39,906 nt of DNA. Source: Bacteroidota bacterium (GTDB lineage Bacteria; Bacteroidota; Bacteroidia; Chitinophagales; Saprospiraceae). Below, piece after piece: positions 10,401-19,900 of this stretch (positions within the stretch are counted from its first letter, which is position 1; every line of letters starts with the position of its first letter). The translations under genes and the position numbers were made by a program. The notes beneath the pieces are model-generated. The model saw only the letters and a program-made list of their open reading frames with translations. It searched no databases and had not been told where the DNA came from. The stretch is from assembly GCA_038529855.1 (NCBI GenBank), contig JBCBDH010000001.1, positions 1 through 39,906 of the forward strand, in the 5' to 3' direction.

Positions 10401-13400
10401 GTTTGCTAATCAAAGCGATCAAAACAATTGGCTCAATCAAGATATCAAACCTGGCTTACAGGTCTTTTTGATCAAGCAAGCCGCTTCGGATAATAGCCTG
10501 AGTTTTTATCCCAAAATAGAGTTGGTCAGCATCGGCCTGGATTTCGGCGGAGCCAATATGGATAAGCCGCTGGTTGATGTACAAGGGACTACGATCCAAG
10601 GTATCGAACCCCGTATTTACCTCTCCTTGGATTTTGGTAATGGAACAACAAGTGTTGACTTTGGCTCTTCGATTTTGATCGATCAATTGGGCTTTCCGCT
10701 TGGCCCTGGCTTTGATTCTAGTACGGCCAATGGAAGTACCAATCCAGTCGCAGCAAATCTGCTCTCTTCTGGAGAAGCCAATAATAACAGCGGCGATACC
10801 AATGCGGTCAATCCTTCCTTTAGTCTTTCCGCTTCCTATGTGACGAGTGCTAATAATTTTCAGTTTCTCTTATACGACAGCAATAATGAGCCAACGGAAA
10901 AGATTTGGATTGCTGTGCAGCGAAGCTTTGGACCACTATCCTGTAGGAAGGTGGGCTTTGGTTGGGTGAGTAGTCTGGAATTGCTACAGCTCTTGTTTGA
11001 TGGTTCTGTATCGCTGGTAGGCTTGACGATGGATTTACAGGAATTGGAAATTGGTATTCCGATTAGTACGCCAACGACCTTTTCTGCTTATCAATTAGAC
11101 CTTGCGGGTATTAATGTCTCATTTGATGGAGGCCCTGTGAGTATTAATGGCGGTTTTCTAAAAGACGATACAGGAGGTATCATCCAATACACTGGTCAGG
11201 CCCTGCTTCAGGCGGCTAGCTTTAGTTTAGGTGCCTTTGGGTCTTATGGAACGGTCAATAATCAACCGTCTTTATTTGTCTTTGCCTTTCTCAATACGCC
11301 TTTAGGTGGTCCGCCCTTCTTTTTTATCAAAGGGCTCAGTGGTGGCTTTGGTTTTAACCGCGCGATCAATCTGCCTGCTGCCAATGAGGTTCCCTCTTTC
11401 CCATTCGTTGCAGGCATCAACAATCCAGCCATCCTTGGTGGGACCAATGGCGACCCTGCCGTAGCACCAAGTGGCACACAAGTCTTACAACAGCTAGGCA
11501 ATACCTATGTACCCCCAAGCTTGGGCAATTATTGGATCGCTGCGGGGGTTAATTTTACTTCTTTTGAGATCATTCAATCTCAAGCCATTGCAATTATCGC
11601 TTTTGGTCGGGAATTCGAAGTAAACATTATTGGTATGTCCGCCCTCAAATTGCCCAAAGTTGGGCGGACCTATGCCAATGCAGAAATGGCTTTTAAGATC
11701 GTCTTTAATCCTGGAGAAGGATTCTTCCAGGCAGAAGCTGTCCTTACTTCCAACTCCTGGGTGATTACGGAAGCCTGTAAATTGACTGGTGGCTTTGCTT
11801 TTTACGCCTGGTTTAAAGACCAAAGCGATAGCGGGGCAAAGGCTGGTGAGTTTGCCTTGACCCTGGGGGGCTATAATCCCAAGTTTACCATTCCAGCCTA
11901 CTACCCACGTGTTCCATTATTAGGGATTAACTGGCCAGTATCCAGTAAGGTGTCCATTAATGGAGGGGCCTATTTTGCGATGACGCCTTCTTGTGTGATG
12001 GCGGGTGGTAGCCTCAATGCCGTTTATCAATCTGGTGGGTTGAAGGCTTGGTTTTCGGCCAAGGCTGATTTCCTGATTTCTTGGAAGCCTTTTTACTATG
12101 ACATCAGTATTGGGGTGAGTGTGGGTGTTTCCTATACCTTTAAGATCATTTGGAGAGTGACAATGAAGGCAGAGCTTGGGGCTGATGTAGCCATCTGGGG
12201 GCCGCAGATGAGGGGCCAAGTTCGCGTGAATTGGTACATCATTTCCTTTACCATTTATTTTGGTGATGAAAATACCTCTCGAGGAAGTTCGAGTGTGATC
12301 AATTGGGACGAATTTAAGACCGCCTTTTTGCCATTGCCTCAAACGCCAGCACTTCCTCCTGCTTCCGAAACAGCTTTATCCAATGTCGCTCCTGCTGCTG
12401 CCATACCCATTCAGCAGGTCACACAAATTACGACGAGTCAAGGTTTGATCAAAAAGATCGACAATGCCAATAATGGAGAAGAAACTTGGGTGATTCGGGC
12501 TTCAGAATTTGAATTTGCCTTGTCCACAGCCGTCCCATTAAACAAGGTGACCCATACGGATACATCAGGAACAGAAGAAGTGATTATTAGCAGTGCTACG
12601 CCATTTGGTATTAAGCCATTGGGTAGTGTGACCTTCAGTCCAGACGGTACAGACAAAGTATCTAGTTTGCATCTTCGACTGACTTATGATAATACACCAG
12701 TCAATATCCTGGATTATTTCCAGATAACAGGTACGCAAAATACGACCAGCCTACCTACTTCGCTATGGGGAACAGTCAATAATGGACAGGAGACGCCCAG
12801 CAATACCTCTATTGATAATGTCTTGGTTGGCCTTGAATCGGTCAAGACCTATCCCGATCTTTTACCCGTCCCTGTTCCTCCTGTTGACATAGCCAATCTG
12901 GGTTATTTTACCCTGGACAATCGCAATTTGCCATTGGTCAGCCAGCCCCAATTAAAACCCACGGACCCCTTAAGGCAAGATGACGAATCGCTGGCTTTGA
13001 TTGCCACAACGGTGATGAGTACAGAGGTACTTGATTATCGAAATGAAATCATTGATGCGATTCTCGGGGTAGGCATTGATGTGGCATTTGATGGCCGACT
13101 GGATCAATTGGCTGCTTATGCACCAACGACTTTTCAGGCGCCGCCATTGGTAGGTAGTTTGGGAAGTGTTGGGGAAGTGACTAGTAGTGGAAGCAGTCTT
13201 GGGGTGCCTCAGTTCGAGTCGCCAGCGCCTAGCCTTGAGTCTATTCGATTACCAGAGGAGGAAAGCATTGAGGTGCAGGGGCAGATGCGTCTGCGTTCAT
13301 CGGGGCAATTAGCGTTGGGGGATGGTAGTTTATTAGCCAATAGTGCTCATATCCTTGGAAGCACTTATTGGGCAGCAGACGATCGCAAATTACAGCAGTC

Positions 13401-14298
13401 CGTGTTGCAGAATTTGTATTCCATCAATCAAAAAATTCAAAATCCTTCTTTTGATCTAGTGCTGGGGGCTGGGACGACGAATGTCTTGCAACTCCCTATT
13501 AAAACAACTCAGTACTCCATACAATGTAAAAAAGCGGACTTCCCAGTTGCTGCTTGTTACTTTGATCAGCATCGACAATTTGTGGGGCGGGTGAACTTGA
13601 GCCATCGCGAAAAAGTGATGATTCCTGCAGGCGTTCGGCAATTGGTGCTTTGTGGAGCGCAGGCGATGGGTCGCGATCAAATGGAGGGCTGGCATCTTCA
13701 CTCAGCCCTGCGCGTGATCAATCCCAATGTGATATTAGGGGAGGGAAATGCCATTATTCGTCCTGATAATCCCATCCGTTTGAAAACCCGAACCTACAAT
13801 CGGGACCTAGGCATTATCAGAGGCGCCAAAATGGTGCAGCAAAATAAGGTACAATTGGGAGGTGATCAATTGGTCAGCGGTCGGGTAGAGACGATTTTTT
13901 CAACAAAGATCAATGCCATTGGCGTCCTGCTCCGAAGACAAGGGGCCGAGGAGAAGCAACCCAAGAATAAAGAACTCTTAAAGACGGCTACTTTCCGACC
14001 TGCAAGCAATACGCACAGCGAATTGACCAAGGCTAAACTACTGCCCACTTCTATCAAAGGAGAAAAAGAAATCCTACTCTTTTTCAGCGTGCCAAAAGTT
14101 GATCAAAATGTCTTGATCAGCACTTTTGCCAAAGCACCAGAGGGCTGGCAATTGGCTGGCGTACTTGGCTTCCTTCAATCTGCTGCTAAAGTAAAAGCCA
14201 AATGGGATAGTCTTCGCTATGGAGTAGCATCTGAATCCGAAAGCTTGTCCGATGAAGTAAGGGCAAGGGTATCCATCATTAATGAAAAGACAAAATAG
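4489..14298 (+). CDS. Giant protein (3269 aa) of unknown function; first gene of the central cluster
   Basis: A single uninterrupted 9.8-kb ORF. It is N/Q/S/T/G/L/P-rich, with about ten Cys by my count. I saw no signal peptide, TM helix, tandem repeats or catalytic motif. The start is GTG 4489 in the track, and GTG 4546 (VATINIPISELD...) is an alternative. The first in-frame ATG lies roughly 290 codons in. Confidence 0.9.
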   Translation: MLTNYARNFILWITLKIKPVATINIPISELDPRVVQIGKLIGILEQNGASSLTLNANWFQQPLSYLQAIPYNPELLNVLETLLGEASGNSLGTPKKALDRLWYPFLNPSTSGQSTNPQPLGIYLVSSQPDPTKGTVIGLGLLYDFEPQTSVTVTPYAYFPLLQLPLDGNTNFAFILGAANYPVELGCNILGPGVFQTGTSINDLSFDGFIAGADIYFQQAASLDLSFVNLKLPGESKGQNTSLQELINNTTVEDWISITFSVLGAQLAKANTSTANANADTAANIINSILQMLGLLDIVPAIDWASLISNPSQAGTIFKDWFRSIVSTPESLKAWLNDWYCIFNNQNPLAATANDHISGDGSKENPYAINILEFILNDQTAILVDFTFAFQIDNDGVVTIFPGFEVATSAKQVVSSISQLGLLVRAKTEVLQGQLFVDNGLSNFTIFPSFEIMAVAANPDGQSPLFSVADPSSTQVRLSNGQPPTFSVGSMQVGFAVANYYDTASASIPAPTFRLTEVIAGEGTWPSIDMTNLSTDTVLEIIEAIVKQSIDNFFQQTGSVDLSDNLQAILGLKAPPSFSGTWPLADQLLLAPNTIQLLINDPMGALGAYYERCLTMADDNGPLWNYMMPSFVKALGGTGVQLAGKGSETEPWRVELINIGNAVAYAQSWLDSQNPKQLQLGFYFKVPVTISAVEADIGVNVDLMQATLPNIDGTGAFAASWFQGFNTQLDLTGPNNTPIKSPTLGGLTFEANSLLFQLGWNQLQQFNSTATLQQVSIQPKGLTAISLGDLVFTSIAWSSTQLEQFAQPAVNVLGLLLIEHGGTLGVGISTILGFLPGLPDLFDGSQKQADYPFPIPENFSLPSTWPEFNLLTPNNPWKDVETQLSNLLAGGGTNMIPAMQMLGWSLTQILPNPPSKTPAGSLTDPWFVSLPNFWNVEVLTWLGANNQMGFGLRRPVSTNVGAGVKLQVSVRADVPGFIITPTSNPSISNSEAIYPRIWLSASMTNATEGSPLFRGPNGILDIDLVYFGASAMLINGELDYGLDLSFTDNQQATPEVIELTKVPDLPQYTCLQGMNLMEGLVNSWMVKVSATINSAGASFPQLQSLLDLLSNLDLLNSSGSSGQRSYGFNFGAWDTLLANPGPFYLAKFKVAMNSESGNQSFLQNLATLLGYPNFNLSTSEDGMQYLLSALGLLTPYPNKLYNLNINGWLRLIRNPVTFFQVNIPALFSDIDLLQLLISQLQSINSPNTDVFNVDSTGYLATLQTPTTKPIQIGNQLILFGSVLTNLKTLSLTLNIGLGANVINSAIVFEYVPVYSNGTLTDSYAFFLQGLPDEEVPPFPPLQLYPFPTDTSNYLAQLGLQIPVSILSTLLVNTLNNYVVPANPVVLKIFAVLGLTRTSSITNKEVIKPLTGIFMQPVEWVLSTDVLGDGTQHLDLNKLGGLLYNLTDAAGIVSPDGVSLKPYESEGNKDGVQLAGLPYGVTVTFTANQTVGASFGLSFRPTITAVPLRVDLAASLAFGLSKGVNINGQSTLIYDIDTSTETYARIVNTYSQDAFSLMVDGKYQGQSFYKPIQLVPFIGLNQFIPGAGDIQRLLVLIGDKLFAALDTYGSADLKAYVTPLQNLANIQTGQELYDFFDQFIQNPLAAFTIANIQITLPKINQFLTDLGISGFSLSSDNKLLYYQQDFSSRNSQVTIYLGEQSLNDTAVFGMWIVPKVQFEWFTLQLNNTGIGIQTPINTGAYQLEYNVEIDLGFDLSSLPIQGLPTPLVSLNFNGNLDQINGPQWRVYPIQKSTDTGTLLINLLPTAQLEITGTGVVPAAQWLEAFATQFLVPFVVDTALTVPQIVYFLDQMTIGTTLIHPGQILTKWGLISKDATSGNYYLNQLNQVFDLNNPVSIITQLIYAAADLLKGVNILQVFNSNSQLLGSISIASAPPSAGSSDTLYGLNVQMQDIIVATGSNGKAPQLIFQLGKWFANQSDQNNWLNQDIKPGLQVFLIKQAASDNSLSFYPKIELVSIGLDFGGANMDKPLVDVQGTTIQGIEPRIYLSLDFGNGTTSVDFGSSILIDQLGFPLGPGFDSSTANGSTNPVAANLLSSGEANNNSGDTNAVNPSFSLSASYVTSANNFQFLLYDSNNEPTEKIWIAVQRSFGPLSCRKVGFGWVSSLELLQLLFDGSVSLVGLTMDLQELEIGIPISTPTTFSAYQLDLAGINVSFDGGPVSINGGFLKDDTGGIIQYTGQALLQAASFSLGAFGSYGTVNNQPSLFVFAFLNTPLGGPPFFFIKGLSGGFGFNRAINLPAANEVPSFPFVAGINNPAILGGTNGDPAVAPSGTQVLQQLGNTYVPPSLGNYWIAAGVNFTSFEIIQSQAIAIIAFGREFEVNIIGMSALKLPKVGRTYANAEMAFKIVFNPGEGFFQAEAVLTSNSWVITEACKLTGGFAFYAWFKDQSDSGAKAGEFALTLGGYNPKFTIPAYYPRVPLLGINWPVSSKVSINGGAYFAMTPSCVMAGGSLNAVYQSGGLKAWFSAKADFLISWKPFYYDISIGVSVGVSYTFKIIWRVTMKAELGADVAIWGPQMRGQVRVNWYIISFTIYFGDENTSRGSSSVINWDEFKTAFLPLPQTPALPPASETALSNVAPAAAIPIQQVTQITTSQGLIKKIDNANNGEETWVIRASEFEFALSTAVPLNKVTHTDTSGTEEVIISSATPFGIKPLGSVTFSPDGTDKVSSLHLRLTYDNTPVNILDYFQITGTQNTTSLPTSLWGTVNNGQETPSNTSIDNVLVGLESVKTYPDLLPVPVPPVDIANLGYFTLDNRNLPLVSQPQLKPTDPLRQDDESLALIATTVMSTEVLDYRNEIIDAILGVGIDVAFDGRLDQLAAYAPTTFQAPPLVGSLGSVGEVTSSGSSLGVPQFESPAPSLESIRLPEEESIEVQGQMRLRSSGQLALGDGSLLANSAHILGSTYWAADDRKLQQSVLQNLYSINQKIQNPSFDLVLGAGTTNVLQLPIKTTQYSIQCKKADFPVAACYFDQHRQFVGRVNLSHREKVMIPAGVRQLVLCGAQAMGRDQMEGWHLHSALRVINPNVILGEGNAIIRPDNPIRLKTRTYNRDLGIIRGAKMVQQNKVQLGGDQLVSGRVETIFSTKINAIGVLLRRQGAEEKQPKNKELLKTATFRPASNTHSELTKAKLLPTSIKGEKEILLFFSVPKVDQNVLISTFAKAPEGWQLAGVLGFLQSAAKVKAKWDSLRYGVASESESLSDEVRARVSIINEKTK

Positions 14299-15838
14299 AA
14301 ATATGACCAAGCCTAGAGCACAAACGAGCGCAGTCAATCTGCTAGAAGGTACACTAACTTTGTACGACTATTGTCGCCCTTCTTTGCCTTCTGGAAATTG
14401 GCGATTGGAATCGACCCAGCAGGTTACCTGGAATGCGCAAGAACTGGATCAGTCTTATTCGAAACAACAGGCTATGGTAGTGGAAGGGCCTCGCTTTAGC
14501 ATCGCACCTTCGGATGTGTACAGTGTGCATCCTCCAGCAAATTCGAGTGGTTTATATAGCAATATCCTACCCCATATAGTGATGACCAAGCGGACCCTAC
14601 CCTGGGAGCGCTATTCACAGGCCAACAATCAATTGCCCTGGATGACTTTATTGCTCGTTGAAGATTTAGAATTTGTTGGTGCAAGTGCCAATTCGGAAAC
14701 CAATCGGGTATTAAACCTGACGGTTGGGGAAGTGCTTGATCCAGGGGCTGGCATCCTTGGACCACAAGGGCTGACCAATGTTTCTACTGAAGATCAAGCA
14801 CAGCCTTGTTATGCTATTGATCTTCCTCCTTCTTTATTTTTGGATATCGCACCTACTGCAGCGGAGCTGCCTTATCTGCTCCATAGCCGAGAAGTGGATG
14901 TGACTAACAAAGAGATTCAAGAGGGAAATCGCGACGGCTGGTTTTCGGTAGCTGTCAGCAATCGATTTCCGACGGCTGGGAGTAAGATGTATGCCTGTTT
15001 GGTATCGCTGGAAGGCTGGGCTGATTATTTGCCGCAAGGTTCTAAAGCAGGGGAGCTATCCAACTATTCTGCCGTTCGGCTTTTTACCCTGGCCTATTGG
15101 ACCTTTACCGCAGAAACGCAGGCTACGGCTAGCTTTACAGAGCTCATGCAAAATATGGACTCTTGTAAATTGAAAATGCCCGTAACTCCAAAAGCCATCG
15201 GCCAAAATACGAGCCCCGCTGCTCAATTAGTTACTGAAGCCTTGAGCGATGGTTATACACCGATGACCTATGAGATGCGTGTTGGGGAAAAGACGGTGGC
15301 TTGGTACCGAGGGCCCTTTAGTTCGGTGATGATCCAGCCCAATGCCCTTTTGCGTTCTTTCTTTAGTGCTGAGGCAGCTTTGATCTACGATAAATCCAAT
15401 GGGATGTTTGATGCCTCCTATGCGGTGGCTTGGCAGATTGGTCGCCTGTTGGCTTTATCAGATCGGAATTTTGCTTTGGGTATGTTGCAGTGGCGAAAAA
15501 ATAATCGACAGCAACAAAACGATCGGCTGGCTAAGCAAAGCAATATTGCTGCTTTTCAAGGATTACTATCCGCTTCGAATGAAGAAGCCATGGAGCTGTC
15601 TGCTGTTGAGTTATCCAATCAGTTGGATGAATTTTTATCGCTTCGGATGGCCAATTTGGTACAAGGAGACGAAGAGGGGGCGCCTTTGATTTTGACGCGT
15701 GATCCCTCTGGTTTGGCCTATCGCAAAGCGCAATTGCCCGGTCTTGTCGATCAGGAGGAACTATTGAAATTGCTAGATCAAAAGATCCCACTAGCCACCT
15801 GTCTGAGAACCCTTATTTTCAATCAATCCCCAAAATAA
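14282..15838 (+). CDS. Hypothetical protein (518 aa), cluster core gene
   Basis: A long ORF that overlaps the giant ORF stop by 17 nt. The alternative ATG 14303 lies 4 nt after that stop. Notable motifs are ILPHIVMTKRTLPWERY...QLPWMTLLLVEDLEF and YAVAWQIGRLLALSDRNFALGMLQWRK. No signal peptide. Confidence 0.85.
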   Translation: MKRQNRNMTKPRAQTSAVNLLEGTLTLYDYCRPSLPSGNWRLESTQQVTWNAQELDQSYSKQQAMVVEGPRFSIAPSDVYSVHPPANSSGLYSNILPHIVMTKRTLPWERYSQANNQLPWMTLLLVEDLEFVGASANSETNRVLNLTVGEVLDPGAGILGPQGLTNVSTEDQAQPCYAIDLPPSLFLDIAPTAAELPYLLHSREVDVTNKEIQEGNRDGWFSVAVSNRFPTAGSKMYACLVSLEGWADYLPQGSKAGELSNYSAVRLFTLAYWTFTAETQATASFTELMQNMDSCKLKMPVTPKAIGQNTSPAAQLVTEALSDGYTPMTYEMRVGEKTVAWYRGPFSSVMIQPNALLRSFFSAEAALIYDKSNGMFDASYAVAWQIGRLLALSDRNFALGMLQWRKNNRQQQNDRLAKQSNIAAFQGLLSASNEEAMELSAVELSNQLDEFLSLRMANLVQGDEEGAPLILTRDPSGLAYRKAQLPGLVDQEELLKLLDQKIPLATCLRTLIFNQSPK

Positions 15839-15843
15839 TAGCC

Positions 15844-16824
15844 ATGTCTGCTCTTCCAAGTAATGAACAGTATTTAGCACAGCTCAAAGCATTGGTGCAA
15901 GAAAATACGAAGGAAACATCAGCACTCCATGCTCCAACTGCTTTGAATAATCCGATCATTCCGCCTACGCTTCCCGAAAGTGAAAAACAATGGTTGCAAA
16001 ACCTGGCTCTGTTGTACGGCGTCCCTTTTGATAATCTAGTGGCCAATTCCAGTTTATTGCCGCCAGAGTCCATCCGCTTTTTCTATTTAGACGACAATTG
16101 GATCAATAGTCTGCTGGATGGTGCCTTAAGTATTGGGGTGCAGGATTCGCGAGATGTCAGTAATCAACTGGCCGAACAGCCTGTGATTAAACTACAAGCT
16201 CGAAGGGACAGACAAAAGGTGCGCTACCAAATCCTGGGATCATTGCCTCCCGCCAATTTAGCGGCGGAGCAGGTGGCCGCTGGTTTTTTGATGCGCTCGG
16301 AAGTAGTTTGGGGCTGGCCAGGACTGGAGGTGGTCGGCTATGACAATACCGCTGGTACGGGTACGCCAATTCCTTTATTGCGGATGGATCGTTTGGCGCC
16401 CGATGTCTTGCTGGTGCTTTTCCAATCTCCCCCGCAGCGAATCAACCTCAGTGAACCCAAGGAGGGTTTGCGTTTTGGGGTAGGAGGGAATGAGCAAATT
16501 CAAATTCGCTACCTCGGGGCGGATGCTACACAGCCAGCGGGTGTGCCTGCTGAAAATCCTGATCAAACGGGGAATAGTGTTTTTGCTACGGCTCAGATGA
16601 GATCGGGAGGAAAGAATGTGCTGGATGTATCGGCCACGATTAATAATCCGGGCGATGGGATATTAGCCAGGATGACTTATGCGGGGGTGAATTTTCCAAC
16701 AGGGGTAGAATTCAAGGCAGCGGCTTTTGGTGTTCAGATGATCTCTACCGCCGAACAGCAAGCTTTTATTTTGAATAATAATGGGTTGACGCCAGTGGCG
16801 GATGAGGGTTGTCCGCCTGCTTAG
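15844..16824 (+). CDS. Hypothetical protein (326 aa), cluster core gene
   Basis: It starts 5 nt after the previous stop, which is a double stop (TAATAG). Its main motif block is LALLYGVPFDNLVANSSLLPPESIRFFYLDDNWINSLLDGALSIG, followed by GFLMRSEVVWGWPGLEV and LAPDVLLVLF. No signal peptide. Confidence 0.85.
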   Translation: MSALPSNEQYLAQLKALVQENTKETSALHAPTALNNPIIPPTLPESEKQWLQNLALLYGVPFDNLVANSSLLPPESIRFFYLDDNWINSLLDGALSIGVQDSRDVSNQLAEQPVIKLQARRDRQKVRYQILGSLPPANLAAEQVAAGFLMRSEVVWGWPGLEVVGYDNTAGTGTPIPLLRMDRLAPDVLLVLFQSPPQRINLSEPKEGLRFGVGGNEQIQIRYLGADATQPAGVPAENPDQTGNSVFATAQMRSGGKNVLDVSATINNPGDGILARMTYAGVNFPTGVEFKAAAFGVQMISTAEQQAFILNNNGLTPVADEGCPPA

Positions 16825-16827
16825 CGC

Positions 16828-16857
16828 CTCACGGACTGAATTGGCACAGTCTGTGAG
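16828..16857 (+). terminator. Intra-cluster stem-loop 4 nt after the 326-aa gene
   Basis: The sequence ctcacggactg-aattggca-cagtctgtgag forms an 11-bp stem (one G.U pair) with an 8-nt loop. An AT-rich stretch including atttttta follows about 15 nt downstream. Confidence 0.4.
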
Positions 16858-16917
16858 TAGCGGGCAAGCCTTGTATTAAATATTTTTTATTGTAGTGTAT
16901 TAAAGAACAAAAAAGCA

Positions 16918-19900
16918 ATGGCAACTTCCAATAATGTATTGTGGAGCGGCCCTCGTCTAATGGTCCCGATGACCGTCGAGGCTGTCGTTGTGACCAAGCC
17001 ATACCTAAATAGTGAATGGGCTTATCTTCCCATGAAGTATTATAATATTGATCGGACCTCGGATATTACACCCGATTTTTCTGGTAATCTGACCAGTTCG
17101 AGTAGCAAACCACCAGTGGGAATTATCCTGCAATGGTCTTTGCCGGATGGCTTTACGCAGGGGATAGAAGATGTACAGGGTGATGTGGAATACCCCTATG
17201 CGCCAAATCGATGGTTGGTAGTGCGGAATGCTTCGGTGATGGCAGCTTGGGTGGTGGAGAGTGATTTTAAGGGAACGTCGGAAGTGCCGGGCACTAGTGC
17301 TTATCCTAACTTGAATGGTGGCCTTGTCAAATTCATTCAAATTGGTCGACAAATTCCGCTAACGGAATGGCAAGGAGAGCAAAACCCTACGGAGCCTTTT
17401 TTACAAGCCATCGGACCGGGCTATCCAGGTTTTTCTACCTTTTCTGCAGATATCCAAAATGTCTTTTCTTTTCACGATGATATGAGTGGGATAGAAAATA
17501 CCAAGGAGCTCATTTCTTATACGATCGTTGGTTGGTATGCCGATCCGACAAATGATCCCCTCTATGGGAAAAGAGAATTTGGGGCTTCGGGATGGACGAC
17601 GGAAACGGAGTGGGCAGATTTGATGAATATGCGTTATTGGTCGGTCGGGGACTCAACAGATTTGCAAATTTCAGTAGCGGCAGCTCAGGCTTGGCTGGCG
17701 AAAAATGGAATTGTTGTTGACCCCAGCAATAAACAAGATTATTATGCTGCCCAAACTTTATGTGAAGGCTTGGTCTTTAACATCAATTGGGAAGGGGTAG
17801 ATGGTCCTACTCAAAGTGGTGTCCCCACCTTAGACAATATTCCTCCCTCCAACCTCACAGAACTGCCACAAATTGCCGTGGGTAATACCAGTATTGATGC
17901 ACTTTCAGCATTGGTCAATCAAGAACTCATTTGGCAGGGCAATCCAATTGAAGGCGTTGAGCTATTTCTACAAGAACTCCAATACGATTTGCTGATGGCA
18001 TCTACCATGACCAATCAAAGGTATCTGGTAGAAACAACGATTATGAAAGCCTGGTATACAGCTCAATATGGTGGAAGAGAATGGCTGGTCATTGATCCTG
18101 ATGCTTCCACTCAGCCTGACCTACCTGACCCCATTTTGGCCCAGCTCATTGCCCTTAATCAATTGCAGGGCCAATCAGATCAGGAGACTGCCCTACTGGA
18201 AAGACAGCAGAGGGAGTTGTATGCCCTGTGGTGGAAGAAATTGTACTATGATTTAAATATTATTTTTGGCTTTCCTCCAGCAGGGGTGACCATAGAGCAG
18301 TTTAGAGCCATCAATGAATATTTAGTTGAGCAGCTCGATCCAGAGAATGCTAATTCCTTTATCAGTCAAGTCGCCAATTTGCAGCAAAGTGCATCCAATG
18401 ACCAAGCTTCGCTTTTGACGGCCATAAGCAATTTACGAGAAGCCCTAAGTGCATTGAGCCCTCCGCTGAGTTTACAAGAGAAAAATCGTCCAAGTCGCTG
18501 GGAGGCCAATGAGCCAGTGATGTTGGTTTATGGAGCCAAGCGATCTTATATGCATGGAAGTGATGGACGGTTTACGGATAACCAAGACCTATTTACGCGT
18601 TTTACTGGGCAGCATTTGTATGGGATCAAAGTAGCCGTAACGGATACGATTGATGTCATCGTTGATGAGCGTAATATCACCATTCCTACGCCTACCTCAT
18701 TGGCTGGTAATCCCTTATTACCCAAAGAAGTGGAATCGGTCTGGATTGAGCATTTCTTTCTCAATACCTCCAATGCTGAGGCGATCGCAATGGCCGCTTG
18801 TGCTGCCGCAGAGCTCCCCTACGATCCTGCATTAGTAGAGACCATCCAAAAACAGCAAACCCTGATCTGGAATACAGATGTCGACAGTCCTTTGGATCAA
18901 CAAACCTTGGCAGAATTATCTGGTCTACAACTGCCGCCCAATCCTTCCAAGATTCCTTCCCTAGTTGGCATCAATGCCTGGATACCCCCTTGGAATCCAC
19001 TGTATTTGTCCTGGGATATTCGTTGGCTACCCTCTAGCCAAACGCCATCAGATATCATGAGCAAATGGAAATACGATCCTGCGGCAATGGAATATGTTTG
19101 GGACAGTTTGGAGCAACCTGATCCTTGGGAGAATGGGCAGCGTTTGAGTGGCTATACTTTGATTACGCCTGCCTCTACTTTTGTCCTTCAGCAAAAGCTA
19201 GCGACTTATCTAGCCGAAAACCCCAACTCTCCCTATGAGGGCATCAAGGGCTTTGTGGATACGGTAGCTAACTGGGATTTTTTATCGCAGAGCATTCGCA
19301 ATTTTAACGATATGCTAATCCAGTGGAATGGCAATCAGCTCAATGCCATCTCCGAAAGTGATTCCGCTTATGCTGTTGTTGGGGAGGAGACCAATTGGGC
19401 GCCTAGGCCAGATATGACCATTCCTTTTGTACCCATTCGAGCTGGGCATTTTGTGATTGAAAATGTATTGATCGTAGATGTTTTTGGACAGGTGTTTAAT
19501 CCAATTGCCGCTCAAGGCTTATCGCCAAGACAATACAAGCCCATCATCGGTCAGGGATTGCGAACGACCTTTTCGGATCAAATTATCCAATTGCCTCCTC
19601 GGCTGATGCAGCCTATGCGCTTGAATTTTGAACTGGTTTCGGCGGATGATAAGATGGAAGATATTTGGGTTAATCCCGAGGCCAATCCAGTGTGTGGTTG
19701 GATATTGCCTAATCATATTGATCGGGGCATTACAGTTTATGATGCTTCGGGTAAATTATTGGGCGAGATTCTTTTAGTTGGCGGTCAGCTCAATAAGCGT
19801 TTGCGTTGGGACCCCGTTCCAGGAGGGACTGTACCTGTCGGTCAGCCTTTGCGGGAACAAATTACTAATCTTCATCTGCTGGGATTTGTTGAGGGTTTGA

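Noticed and set aside
5056-14057. Many 60-140-aa antisense or alternative-frame ORFs inside the giant gene (for example 5779-6132 -, 11494-11823 -, 11920-12342 -, 13456-13701 -)
   Set aside because: All are embedded in a 9.8-kb uninterrupted ORF. They have low-complexity or odd composition and no start context of their own. They are expected by chance in a long gene.
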